Part shown: piece by piece, positions 28,315 to 37,606 of the stretch
How the letters are laid out: each line of letters opens with the position of its first letter
Position numbering within the stretch: position 1 is the stretch's first letter
Assembly: GCA_017554325.1 (NCBI GenBank)
Contig: JAFZIP010000010.1
Span: 5,760 to 69,759, forward strand
Origin: Bacteroidales bacterium
GTDB lineage: Bacteria; Bacteroidota; Bacteroidia; Bacteroidales; WCHB1-69
Reading direction: 5' to 3'
DNA length: 64,000 nucleotides
Notes under the pieces: generated by a model
The model's input: the letters and a program-made list of their open reading frames with translations, nothing else
Told to the model about the DNA's origin: nothing
Database searches by the model: none
Made by a program: the position numbers and the translations under genes

Positions 28315-29733
28315 TTACCGCTCAAACCACCTCAATATCTTCTGTTTCCGCTCCCCGGCCTTGCCGCTATACGGGTGTTCGCGCAGGGAAAGGTTGAATT
28401 TGGTCTTTCCTTTGAGGACAGTCTGCGGGTGCGTGAACTCGCGGAAGCCCCACTCGCCGTGGTAGGCGCCCATGCCGGAATGGCCCGTGCCGTTGAAAGG
28501 CACGCCCTTCACCATCAGGTGGATGCACACCTCGTTGATACAGCCGCCGCCGTATTGCTGGGTCTGCATGATCCGTTTCGCCCATCGCATATCTTTGGTA
28601 AACAGGTACATCGCCAGCGGATGCTCACGCTCGGCAATCATTTCCATCAAGGCATCAATCTCAGCGTCCGCAAAGGGCACCACGGGCAACAGTGGACAGA
28701 AAAGTTCGTGCTGCACGATATGCTCATCCTGATTCACAGGATAGATGATCGTGGGCGAATATTTGCAACTCTCCCTGTTGCCTACCCCGCCGTAGATGAT
28801 GCGGTCGCGGTACTCGTCCGCCAAATTCGCACACTTGTCGTAAGCGGCTTCCGTGATGAGCTTGGGGTATTCTTCGTTTGCAATCGGATTATCGCCAATT
28901 TGCGTCGTGAAAGCCTTTTTCAGTTCCTCCAAGAAGGGTTCCGCAACCTCCTTCGCTACGGCAATCTGGTTGATATTGATGCAGATCTGTCCGGCATTGC
29001 AGAGCTTGAAGAAGGCAATCTTGCGGGCCGCGTCCTTGAGGTCGGCATCCTTGCGCACCACGCACCAGTTGCCGGTTTCGCCACCCAACTCCAACGCCAC
29101 GGGCGTGAGGTTCTTGGCCGCCTCCGCCATCACATGCTTGCCTACGGAGGGCGAGCCGGTGTAGAAGATCTTGTCGAAGCGCTGCGCGAGGCACATATCC
29201 GCCACATCGTGACCGCCATCGATAAGGGTGACATACTCAGGCGGGAATACCTCCGCGAAGAAGCGCTTCATCACGGTAGTGCACGCCTCTGACTTGCTGC
29301 TGGTCTTGATGACCACGGTGTTGCCACCGCACATGGCCGCCGCCACCACACCTATGGTCAGCAGGATCGGGAAGTTGAACGGGCTGATGACCAACGACAC
29401 TCCGTAGGGCATCTTATAGACTTTGGTAATGATGCTCGGGAAGCACATCAGTCCGCTGAAGTGCGTCTCGGGCCGCGCCCAACGGCGCAAGCCCCGGATC
29501 ATCTCATTGATTTCAACAATGATAGGGCCCACATCGCAGAGGAAGGCCTCTACTCTGCTGCGCCCGAGGTCCGCGGCAAGAGCATCCTCAAATTCGGTAG
29601 CGTGTACTATAACGGCAGCTTTCAGCTTCTTGAGTTGCTCTATTCTCCATTTCACTGGCAGTGTCGCGCCCGTGTGGAAGTATTTCCGCTGCGTGGCGAC
29701 GATATTAGCGATTTGTTCGTTGGTATATGACAT
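28315..29733 (-). CDS. Aldehyde dehydrogenase family protein (ALDH3-like).
   Basis: The ATG at 29733 gives MSYTNEQIANIVATQRKYFHTGATLPVKWRIEQLKKLK, a typical ALDH3 N-terminus. The active-site motifs are ELGGETG (Glu) and LCNAGQICI (Cys). The 68-aa N-terminal extension in the ORF track would read through the REP-like array and is rejected. Confidence 0.85.
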   Translation of the reverse strand: MSYTNEQIANIVATQRKYFHTGATLPVKWRIEQLKKLKAAVIVHATEFEDALAADLGRSRVEAFLCDVGPIIVEINEMIRGLRRWARPETHFSGLMCFPSIITKVYKMPYGVSLVISPFNFPILLTIGVVAAAMCGGNTVVIKTSSKSEACTTVMKRFFAEVFPPEYVTLIDGGHDVADMCLAQRFDKIFYTGSPSVGKHVMAEAAKNLTPVALELGGETGNWCVVRKDADLKDAARKIAFFKLCNAGQICININQIAVAKEVAEPFLEELKKAFTTQIGDNPIANEEYPKLITEAAYDKCANLADEYRDRIIYGGVGNRESCKYSPTIIYPVNQDEHIVQHELFCPLLPVVPFADAEIDALMEMIAEREHPLAMYLFTKDMRWAKRIMQTQQYGGGCINEVCIHLMVKGVPFNGTGHSGMGAYHGEWGFREFTHPQTVLKGKTKFNLSLREHPYSGKAGERKQKILRWFER

Positions 29734-29750
29734 AGTTTTTGTGTTTAGTT

Positions 29751-29916
29751 CCCACATTGCGTAGGTGTTTGTTAGATTCCACACACTGCGCGCTATCGCG
29801 CTTGTGCGGGACTGATTGGCTTTTTCCCCACACTGCGCGACTTCGTCGCTTGTGCGGGGTTGGGTCCCACACACTACGGCTACGCCTTGTGTGGGGTTAA
29901 TTGCACTTCGTGCGGG
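29751..29916 (-). repeat. Array of 3 full and 2 degenerate REP-like GC-rich hairpins, between the ADH and ALDH genes.
   Basis: The full hairpins lie at 29779-29810, 29826-29859 and 29866-29896. The plus-strand consensus is CCCACACACTGCG..loop..CGCTTGTGCGGGG. The plus-strand mismatches are A/C, and they become G-U pairs in the minus-strand (mRNA-sense) transcript. Confidence 0.75.
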
Positions 29917-29962
29917 TCGTCTCTCCGAGACTCTCAAGGTATAAGCTGCAACTAGCCAGTCA

Positions 29963-31192
29963 CTACTCTCTAATCTCTACTCTCTCATCTTTTATCGTCA
30001 CCGCTTCCAGCACCCTCGCGATGTCCTCGTTGCTGAACGTCATCGGGGCAGAGTAGTTGATGGAGTCGGCGGCAATCATGTGCGTGAGCTCCTCGTAATC
30101 TTCGGGTTTTACTGGCATTTCAAGCTTGTCCAAGCCGCAGGTGGCAATCAGCTCTCGAATGGCTTGGAGGAAGCTTTCAGCGGCCTCGTTATCAGAGGTG
30201 GATTCCTCAACAAGGTGGCAATAGCGGGCCATAATCGCATATTTCTCCATGCAAGCCTCCTTCTGGTACTCCAGCACGGGCATCATCATCAGGGTGATGG
30301 CCGGGCCGTGCGGGATATGGTACTTGGCCCCGATGCTGTGGGCAAAGGCGTGTATGTAGCCGGCCAACTGCGTATTGATGGCATTACCGCCATACATCGC
30401 AGCGCGGCACATCGCCAATCGCGACTCGATGTTCTCGGGCTCGCGCATCACCACGGGCAAGTGGCGCAAAATCAGGCGTACGCCCTCCAATGAATGGTAG
30501 GCATCCTCCACATAAACCGCCACGTCACTAAGCGTACCTTCCACTACATGGCTCAGGGCATCCATGCCGCAGGCGGCAGTAACCAGTTGCGGCGCGTGGA
30601 TGGTAAGTTCGCTGTCGAGAATCACGTGCGTCACGTCCAAACCGACAATCACGGTGGAGCCCTTCGCACCGCGCGCGTTGGTCACAACAGCTCCTACGGT
30701 CACCTCAGCGCCCGTGCCCGCCGTGGAAGGCACCGTAATCATGGGCAAGGTCTTGCTCCGCACCACCAGAAACTTGAGCAGCAGGGATTTTGTTTTGAGG
30801 CGTGGCAGTTTAGCACCCGCCGCTATCATCTTGCAGGTATCCATCACGGAGCCTCCGCCAAGAGCTATCACACACTCAGCATCACACTTCATGGCCGCCT
30901 CACGTCCCGCAGTGATAAGATCAATGGTCGGCTCAGAATTAATGTCCGCAAAGAGGGTGCAGCCCACCCCGGCTTCTTCCAGCGATTGCACGATTTTTTG
31001 CTCATAGCCGAGCTTTTGGAGCGTCTGATCTGTCACCAATAGCACCTGTTTATAGCCGCATTCCCGGCATATTTCTCCAATCTGCGTCCGGGCGCCGTGG
31101 CCATCCACAACCTGCGGTTCGGGCAACGGTACGTAACTAATCACCTTGCCGGGCAGCTTATGTATCTGTTTTCTAAAACGGTATGTATCCAT
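29963..31192 (-). CDS. Iron-containing alcohol dehydrogenase.
   Basis: The ATG is at 31192. The motifs are VIALGGGSVMDTCK and GTGAEVT, plus the His cluster HAFAHSIGAKYHIPHG typical of the Fe-ADH family. Confidence 0.85.
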   Translation of the reverse strand: MDTYRFRKQIHKLPGKVISYVPLPEPQVVDGHGARTQIGEICRECGYKQVLLVTDQTLQKLGYEQKIVQSLEEAGVGCTLFADINSEPTIDLITAGREAAMKCDAECVIALGGGSVMDTCKMIAAGAKLPRLKTKSLLLKFLVVRSKTLPMITVPSTAGTGAEVTVGAVVTNARGAKGSTVIVGLDVTHVILDSELTIHAPQLVTAACGMDALSHVVEGTLSDVAVYVEDAYHSLEGVRLILRHLPVVMREPENIESRLAMCRAAMYGGNAINTQLAGYIHAFAHSIGAKYHIPHGPAITLMMMPVLEYQKEACMEKYAIMARYCHLVEESTSDNEAAESFLQAIRELIATCGLDKLEMPVKPEDYEELTHMIAADSINYSAPMTFSNEDIARVLEAVTIKDERVEIRE

Positions 31193-31282
31193 ATTTCTTA
31201 AACTAACAATTGAAAATCCAACCAACAGACAGATAAAAATTCAAGTCATCAAAACGACTTGCCTACCTCACCAACCCTGTTT

Positions 31283-32200
31283 TTAAGTCATATACAATCC
31301 AAACACCACCAAAAAGACGAGCAAAAACAGTAGTGCAAACATAATCAAGAAAGCGGCAACGGCCTTCAAGGTGGTGCGCAGCCAACTATAGCCACTCATC
31401 TGTTTGAGCGGAATCAAGGTGAGGAAAATGGCCAGTGAGGAAAGCTTTGTGAGACAGAAAAAATCAAACACGATGCTATAGATGGTGTACATATTGTCGG
31501 TATAGACTAGCGCCATGAAGAACTCTGGATAGCGTAAATCCGGAATCTTCGGGCAATGCCGGAAGAAAAGATAGAGAAATCCCGACACAAACATCAGCAA
31601 AAACAACATATTGATGCTGGGGAAACGTTTTTCGAAGTATTCTATGCCACTGAGAATCTTATCGAATATAACTATGGCACGCTCGGAAACCGTATGCTCA
31701 TTGTCCTTAGCATTAATACCATCCGTCTCCTCAATGACAGATTTTTCAGCCGCCAATTTCTCATCCAATTGCTGCGTGGTAGTTACAGATTGGGAATCTT
31801 TATCAAAACGCTGTCCTTTGACATTCAACCCGTGGGTCACAAAGGTGGAGATGGCGAAGAGCAAGAAGAACATCTTAAAGGGGCCACAATAGGACACCCT
31901 CATGCCTCGGAGATAATCGAGTATCATATAACCGGGACGCAGGATTAGGTTGAGCATGGTACGGAACATACCGCGGTCGCCCATCCCGTAAGCATCCGCA
32001 AAGTTCTCTGCCGCCACCTTTATCGAGAATCGGCCGGTCGTAGCCGCCTGCCCGCAGCGAGGACAGAATCTGCCGATATAATGATCGTGACAGTTCAGGC
32101 ATTCGTGCTCTTCCTGAGACATTGGAGCAACCTGGCGCGGCTGCTCACGCCATGCACGGAAATTCCTGAATCTTTCTCTGAAATGGTTTGCTTTCTTCAT
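31283..32200 (-). CDS. DUF3667-type membrane protein with an N-terminal zinc ribbon.
   Basis: CLNCHDHYIGRFCPRCGQ is followed by several TM helices. Confidence 0.55.
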   Translation of the reverse strand: MKKANHFRERFRNFRAWREQPRQVAPMSQEEHECLNCHDHYIGRFCPRCGQAATTGRFSIKVAAENFADAYGMGDRGMFRTMLNLILRPGYMILDYLRGMRVSYCGPFKMFFLLFAISTFVTHGLNVKGQRFDKDSQSVTTTQQLDEKLAAEKSVIEETDGINAKDNEHTVSERAIVIFDKILSGIEYFEKRFPSINMLFLLMFVSGFLYLFFRHCPKIPDLRYPEFFMALVYTDNMYTIYSIVFDFFCLTKLSSLAIFLTLIPLKQMSGYSWLRTTLKAVAAFLIMFALLFLLVFLVVFGLYMT

Positions 32201-32242
32201 TTATCAAATAACGATTGGCTATAATGGACTCTATTCTTCAGA

Positions 32243-33442
32243 TTAATTTAGATTATCCCACCACTCCCCTATCACATCCTTCACGTGACCGGGAATTACC
32301 ACATGATGATTGCCGATGGGATTCTGTAGAAAATACTGGGCATCGGCGGCATCGGCAAGGCGTATCACCTGCTGAGTACGGCAAAGGTCGGGCTCACTTT
32401 GGTTGCGAATCAGCTCGCCTTCGGCCACGAAACTGCGGGAGAGGTCGCCCGACAGCTTGAACACAGTAACGGGACCTTCCTGCATGTAGCCGCGAATTCC
32501 AACCCCGATGCCGGATTCATAGTGTGTGTCGAGCTCGTATCGATGCACCATGTTCAGCGGAATTGTACAATGGGCAAAGAGGATTTCGCCGGTCTCCACA
32601 TTCACGGAGGCGGGGTTGGCCTGAAAACCTGAGCACCCAAACAAAACGCGGGCCACCATCATGGTGAGCATGGTCGGCACATCGCCCTCGCAACCCGCCA
32701 CATAGCCTTCTGCGTTGAGTTTGGCCAAAGCCAGACAACCCGTGTTATGTACAGCATCCAGCAAATCAAAACAACGGAGCGTGAAACCATCCAACTGGTA
32801 TTTTTCCACTAACGATTTCAGGGCAGAGTAGATGCACTGGGCACCTGGCAAGGCTTCCTGAACGGATGGATTATCAGCGGTTAATGACGGTTTTTCCACA
32901 GGCATGGTCTTCACCAATGCTATCAATTCCGACATGGGGATATCCAGCAGATTCACCCCCAGTTTCTCGCGCACCAGCGCATAGTCGGCGTGGCTGGCAA
33001 TGAGCCAATCGGAAGGCTGCCCAATGACCGCAAGGCGAGCCTGGGAGAGACGCAGCATAGCCTGAGACACTTGCACCAGATGTCGGATTCGCGAGGAAAT
33101 ATAAGGAGCTTGGCCGTGCAAGATTTCCCCTTGCAGGCCATTTATCTGGAGATAGGAAAGTATCTCTATCGAAGCAGGCAGTGCATTGCTCTTATTGGAA
33201 GCCAAGAGATAAAAGGGTTTCTGCGATTTTTCGCGCAACATGGGCAGCAAACGCTTGAAGACACCTTCCGTGCCGCCCGTACACACCATGATGATATCGA
33301 GGTCGTGCGCGCCATAGCTTTGAAAGTCGTCCCCACAGAAGATATAATCCACCGAAAGAGCGGAGAGCGTTTCGTGCGTAACGGCCTCCACCGCCTGCGG
33401 ATCATGCAGTTCAGAGACTATTGAAAAAATAGCGATGTTCAT
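32243..33442 (-). CDS. L-fucose/L-arabinose isomerase superfamily-like protein.
   Basis: 399 aa. The motifs GCEGDVPTMLTMMVARVLFG and FQANP...VETGEILFAHCTIP resemble the C-terminal catalytic region of sugar isomerases. A TAccTTTG box (complement of 33460-33467) lies upstream. Confidence 0.45.
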   Translation of the reverse strand: MNIAIFSIVSELHDPQAVEAVTHETLSALSVDYIFCGDDFQSYGAHDLDIIMVCTGGTEGVFKRLLPMLREKSQKPFYLLASNKSNALPASIEILSYLQINGLQGEILHGQAPYISSRIRHLVQVSQAMLRLSQARLAVIGQPSDWLIASHADYALVREKLGVNLLDIPMSELIALVKTMPVEKPSLTADNPSVQEALPGAQCIYSALKSLVEKYQLDGFTLRCFDLLDAVHNTGCLALAKLNAEGYVAGCEGDVPTMLTMMVARVLFGCSGFQANPASVNVETGEILFAHCTIPLNMVHRYELDTHYESGIGVGIRGYMQEGPVTVFKLSGDLSRSFVAEGELIRNQSEPDLCRTQQVIRLADAADAQYFLQNPIGNHHVVIPGHVKDVIGEWWDNLN

Positions 33443-33535
33443 ATTCGGAAATATTTGTGCAAAGGTACCAAAAAAATCTCTTTTTCCCGCCGTCTTGCCT
33501 CCATCCGAAAAATCGCCTCGATACTCCCATAGGTT

Positions 33536-36136
33536 TTAAAACGTAATATTCAGCGAAATCCGGATGCCATTCTTCTTCCAACCCTTCAAATCCTTCGCGT
33601 AAGTAAGGCGGCGGACGTAATCAATACGTAGCACATCCAAGATGTTCTCAATGCCGGCAGTTATTTCCATGTACGGCATCTTGCCCATCGGTGAACAGGC
33701 ATCGGGAAATACGTACAAGCCTGGCGTACCCGCAGATGGGATATTCCTAGACGAGAGTCCACCATAAACGCCACTGAACGAAAGCACCTCACGCAATTTC
33801 AGCCTGTTCCAAAGGGGAATGCGGTTGAAAATCCAACCTTTCAGATGGTAAGTGGCATACCAGCCCACGTATTTGTCCATGACAAACTCCATCGGCCGCA
33901 TTAAACAGAAGGTTTTCGGCGTGAGGAATATCGAGCGATTGCTCTGCGGGGTGAACAGCTTCGTGAACGGCACTCTGTTCCACACGATGCCTCCCTGCAA
34001 CTCCGCATCGATATGCCCGAAAGCAGATAGCCAAAACCGCTTCTCTATCGACAATTCCGTACGATTATACCAAGTCCTGCCATCCAAAAAACCTGTGGTG
34101 TGCGTGAGTTGCAGTACCGGCGCGTTTTTGGAGAGCTTGAGGAGGTTGTCTTTCCCCGACTGGTTGTTGTATATTCGTTCCCCGGGAGCCCAGCGAAGCG
34201 TCACCCCCCATTCCCAATTGTGGTAATCTTCCAAGCGGGTGGTTGTCCCGTCCTCATTGATCCGGAAGTAGTTCAGTGCTCCGGCGGCTTCACAGTGCTC
34301 ATATTGCAGCCACGTGTCCACACTCACGCGACACGGCCACTCGCGCACGTAACGCAACTTGCCGCGACGGACATACTGGGCCGCCGAAGCCAACGTGTCC
34401 ACCGTGTATGACATGAAGAAATTGTCACGATCCATGTAAGTGAAACTCTGCCCCAACATCTCCAGATCATAACTGGTTCTGAGATAGAGTGCGTTGCGCG
34501 GAAACTCATTGAAATGGCGTTCTTTCTTCACAAAACTGTGAATCAATGTGGCGTTGTACTTAATCCGCCAATCCGTGCAGCCAAACGCGAAATAGCCCGT
34601 GAAAAACCATCTGTCATTCATATTGGCGGTAGTCATGCCCCCCATCCTGAACCGAAGCCCTTCGATGGAGTTGTGACTGATCATGTCGTACACCGGACCG
34701 ATGTCAAAGAGACTGTTTTTGCGCTCCTTGGTCGTAGATATGTAGCCTGTAGTAACAATCTCCGCCGTTTTCTCCAGTGCCCTGAAAAAAGGCAACCGGC
34801 GCAATTCGGTCGATATGCTGTCCAAAACAGACTCCTGGGCGGTCAAGGGCTCCGGTCTCATCTTCTTCCATTGCCAGTTCCGGTACCGCACATTGGCCGC
34901 CTCTGTTTCTGAGACAACCGATGACAACGAATCCGGAATGGTTGCTCCCATTTCATATTGATACCACAACGTGTTCTGACGGACATAAATCTGCTTCATC
35001 CTCTTTCGCTTAATCAAGGAATACGAAGCGAAAGTTTGCGATTCCTTCGGTGCCCATAAGCCGCTATCAATTTTCATAAAATCCTGTTCAACAATCAATT
35101 GTCTTACAAAATTCATATTGATATTGACGGGCACATTGATGGAATATTTCTTCAGGGCGTATGTGCTGTCATTCACAATATATAAACGCCCGGTAAAGCC
35201 AAAACTCTGGCTGTTCACGGGCGAGAATGATAGTTCGATGCAGGAGATGCTGTCCACATCAACCGTATCAGTGATGAAATAGTGATAATACATCGTGGCT
35301 ATTGTAGATGACAAAGGGCTTACGAACTTGTTGAGCATCAACTCAATGTCATTATCAAAGATGTTCACTTCCGTAAACATGGCATCCAAGTTAGTGCCAA
35401 GCCCTTCATCATCCAAGGATTCATCCACACCTTGCATTCGCCTGGCTATCACATAGTTCACATTCTTACGAGGAGATTTCTGGTAATAGTGGTCTGCCAG
35501 CGATTCCCGCAGCGAAAAAGTCAGCACCGGCATCGTGTCGGTCCTGATGGTATCCACGTATTTTCCCAGGAAAGAGAGTTGCCGATTGAAGTTGTTCTTC
35601 TGGAAGTTCATATCGAACCGCCCGTAAGACATCACCATCTTCTTGTAAATCTTTGATTTGTAAGAATCAACTGATTCAAGACGATTGTCATTTTTGTGTT
35701 CTATCACCTTCTCCACCAGTTCCACGGCCGGATTCCCTTTGCGTGTATATCTCTGTTTCCGTTTTTTGGACACCACCACTTCCTGCAAGGATTGGGCTCG
35801 GCTGATGAAAATGTTCCGTTGCCGCTCATCTTTCTTCACAATCAACGTATCAGACGGATACAATGAATAACTGACAATCAGCGTGTCGGTGTTCGCAAAG
35901 GGCAGTTTATAGTTGCCACGCATATTGGTGTAGGTTCCCATCGTTGTATGAAGCCACTGCAGTCGGGCCATATAGACCACCACAGTGTCGCCTTTCTCAT
36001 CTGTTGAGAACACTCTACCCCTCAGTTCTTGTGCCGAGACATGTCCGATGAGCAACCATGTAAAGAGGAACCACCCGACCATTCCTATCAGAACGGTCAG
36101 AAGCTTGGTTTTCCGAATTCCCCTTACGTTGTGCAA
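33536..36136 (-). CDS. Carboxypeptidase-regulatory-like domain + DUF5686-type outer-membrane protein.
   Basis: About 850-866 aa. It has a signal/TM segment, then LRGRVFSTDEKGDTVVVYMARL (a CarboxypepD_reg-like beta sandwich), then a long beta-rich C-terminus ending in an aromatic residue (ISLNITF). The start is uncertain: TTG at 36136 or ATG at 36082. Confidence 0.55.
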   Translation of the reverse strand: MHNVRGIRKTKLLTVLIGMVGWFLFTWLLIGHVSAQELRGRVFSTDEKGDTVVVYMARLQWLHTTMGTYTNMRGNYKLPFANTDTLIVSYSLYPSDTLIVKKDERQRNIFISRAQSLQEVVVSKKRKQRYTRKGNPAVELVEKVIEHKNDNRLESVDSYKSKIYKKMVMSYGRFDMNFQKNNFNRQLSFLGKYVDTIRTDTMPVLTFSLRESLADHYYQKSPRKNVNYVIARRMQGVDESLDDEGLGTNLDAMFTEVNIFDNDIELMLNKFVSPLSSTIATMYYHYFITDTVDVDSISCIELSFSPVNSQSFGFTGRLYIVNDSTYALKKYSINVPVNINMNFVRQLIVEQDFMKIDSGLWAPKESQTFASYSLIKRKRMKQIYVRQNTLWYQYEMGATIPDSLSSVVSETEAANVRYRNWQWKKMRPEPLTAQESVLDSISTELRRLPFFRALEKTAEIVTTGYISTTKERKNSLFDIGPVYDMISHNSIEGLRFRMGGMTTANMNDRWFFTGYFAFGCTDWRIKYNATLIHSFVKKERHFNEFPRNALYLRTSYDLEMLGQSFTYMDRDNFFMSYTVDTLASAAQYVRRGKLRYVREWPCRVSVDTWLQYEHCEAAGALNYFRINEDGTTTRLEDYHNWEWGVTLRWAPGERIYNNQSGKDNLLKLSKNAPVLQLTHTTGFLDGRTWYNRTELSIEKRFWLSAFGHIDAELQGGIVWNRVPFTKLFTPQSNRSIFLTPKTFCLMRPMEFVMDKYVGWYATYHLKGWIFNRIPLWNRLKLREVLSFSGVYGGLSSRNIPSAGTPGLYVFPDACSPMGKMPYMEITAGIENILDVLRIDYVRRLTYAKDLKGWKKNGIRISLNITF

Positions 36137-36180
36137 AGGATTACAATTTTAAGATTCTTATTTACTTGCAAAAAACATAG

Positions 36181-37356
36181 TTAATATAACAAACCAAAAG
36201 TCCATAACGGAATGGTTCGACCACTTCCATATTCGATATCGTCTTTAACCACATAGCTGTTAGGAATATCCTTGATTTGTTTTCTTTGCTTCCCTTTGCC
36301 TCCCACCTCAAAAGTGCATTCTCCAATCACAAAGTCCGACACTTTGGAGGCAATCACATCGCAGACCTCCCGTGTTTGGTTGTAGAAGAATGTCTCGCGA
36401 ATATTGCCGATTTCTGCTTCGTTGTTTCCAAGAAGATACATCAGGTTGGTATTGTCCACGAACACTTTCTCCACCTTGCCCAAGCTCCGCAGTCCGCCAG
36501 TCTCGTCTCGAAGTTGTCCAACCATACCGGCGCGTTCCATATACAAAAGATAGTCGGGCAGCACATTGCGGCTCACACCCAAGGCATTGGCTATACTTGA
36601 GTAATCTGGCTTGAACGGCGCACTTTGTGCCACAATCGCCATCAGTCGACGTAGTTTTCTGCCCGTCGCAACCGACATGGAGGCAAACTGCGGGATATCC
36701 GACTCCAGTGTTTGAACCACAATCTGATCCAATCTTGACAGAAAAGCACCCTCTTTGCTGAAAGGGTAGTATCCTTTACGTAGATATTGCCGAAATAGGG
36801 GCAGCGGATGTGATAAGATTTTATCATCCACCTTGTTAGCAACAACATCTTCAAGTGAATATACTGGAAATTGTAATCCGTGGAACATTTCCAGATACTC
36901 TCGAAAGGAAAGTCCTTGCATAGAATACATCACGGCTCTACGGCTCAAATCGGCTTGCCCTTTGAGCAAATCCAACACCGACGAGCCAGTGAACATCACC
37001 TGAAGCGAAGGATGACCGTCGTATATCTCTTTCAGTTCGCTTGACCAGTTCTGGTATTTGTGAATTTCGTCAATATAGAGGTGTGTGCCACCCTCCTTCA
37101 CGAAATCAGAAGCAACCTCCACCAGTGTGTGTTGTGCAAAGTAACTACGGTCAGCAGAGATATACAAGGCTTTCTGAGTGTTTTGGCTTTGCAAAATATG
37201 CTGAAGCACAAGGGTGGATTTGCCAACTCCGCGAGGTCCGGTCAGACCAATCATCCGCAACGACCAATCTATGGCTGAATACTTGTACCGTACAAAGTCC
37301 ATATTGACAAGTCTCAGTTGTTCAAGCATATAATCCGTTAGAACCGTGTCTATCAT
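36181..37356 (-). CDS. AAA-family ATPase (COG1373-type, AAA_14 + DUF4143).
   Basis: It has a Walker A motif (GPRGVGKST) and a Walker B motif (HLYIDEIH). The ATG at 37356 lies 28 nt downstream of a -7 box. Confidence 0.8.
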   Translation of the reverse strand: MIDTVLTDYMLEQLRLVNMDFVRYKYSAIDWSLRMIGLTGPRGVGKSTLVLQHILQSQNTQKALYISADRSYFAQHTLVEVASDFVKEGGTHLYIDEIHKYQNWSSELKEIYDGHPSLQVMFTGSSVLDLLKGQADLSRRAVMYSMQGLSFREYLEMFHGLQFPVYSLEDVVANKVDDKILSHPLPLFRQYLRKGYYPFSKEGAFLSRLDQIVVQTLESDIPQFASMSVATGRKLRRLMAIVAQSAPFKPDYSSIANALGVSRNVLPDYLLYMERAGMVGQLRDETGGLRSLGKVEKVFVDNTNLMYLLGNNEAEIGNIRETFFYNQTREVCDVIASKVSDFVIGECTFEVGGKGKQRKQIKDIPNSYVVKDDIEYGSGRTIPLWTFGLLY

Positions 37357-37383
37357 AATCCAACAATCTTTTATTACCGCCTG

Positions 37384-37391
37384 CAAAAATA
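37384..37391 (-). promoter_or_regulatory. -7 box TAttTTTG (minus strand).
   Basis: The reverse complement of caaaaata lies upstream of the ATPase ATG at 37356. Confidence 0.5.
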
Positions 37392-37405
37392 CAAAAAATA
37401 TTTAC

Positions 37406-37457
37406 CTGCACAAAAAAATGTGCAGATATATGCAATAATTGCACTAAAAAAAGTGCA
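37406..37457. promoter_or_regulatory. Two related inverted repeats, TGCAC-N8-GTGCA (candidate operator pair).
   Basis: CTGCACAAAAAAATGTGCAG lies at 37406-37425 and TGCACTAAAAAAAGTGCA at 37440-37457, just upstream of the ATPase promoter. Confidence 0.4.
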
Positions 37458-37567
37458 TAATGATACTAATCCGGGAATAGCGGTAGAATATAAAAATAGA
37501 ATATAAGAACTGTAACTCTATAAAAAATGGGACCATCGCATCGCGACAGCCCCTTATGTTTGGTGTC

Positions 37568-37597
37568 TGTAGAGACGGTGCATGCACCGTCTCTACA
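37568..37597. repeat. 30-bp perfect palindrome of the GTAG type (REP-like), 10 nt after the thrS stop.
   Basis: The sequence is TGTAGAGACGGTGCATGCACCGTCTCTACA. It has the same arms as the copy at 40961-40990 but a different, still self-complementary core. Confidence 0.8.
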
Positions 37598-37606
37598 ATG
37601 GATTGA

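Noticed and set aside
29734-29937. The 68-aa N-terminal extension of the ALDH ORF. Similar 5' extensions occur in the ORF-track entries for dsbD, the C10 protease, glycogen synthase, thrS, the thioredoxin-like gene, mpg, the sigma factor and the Rpn-like gene.
   Set aside because: The extensions run through REP hairpins or across TAnnTTTG promoter boxes. Internal ATGs give canonical N-termini or signal peptides.
37392-37606. Absence of infC-rpmI-rplT downstream of thrS, read as a rearrangement signal.
   Set aside because: Gene order varies between lineages. Nothing in the sequence (no truncated infC, no mobile element other than the GTAG palindrome) supports a recent event.
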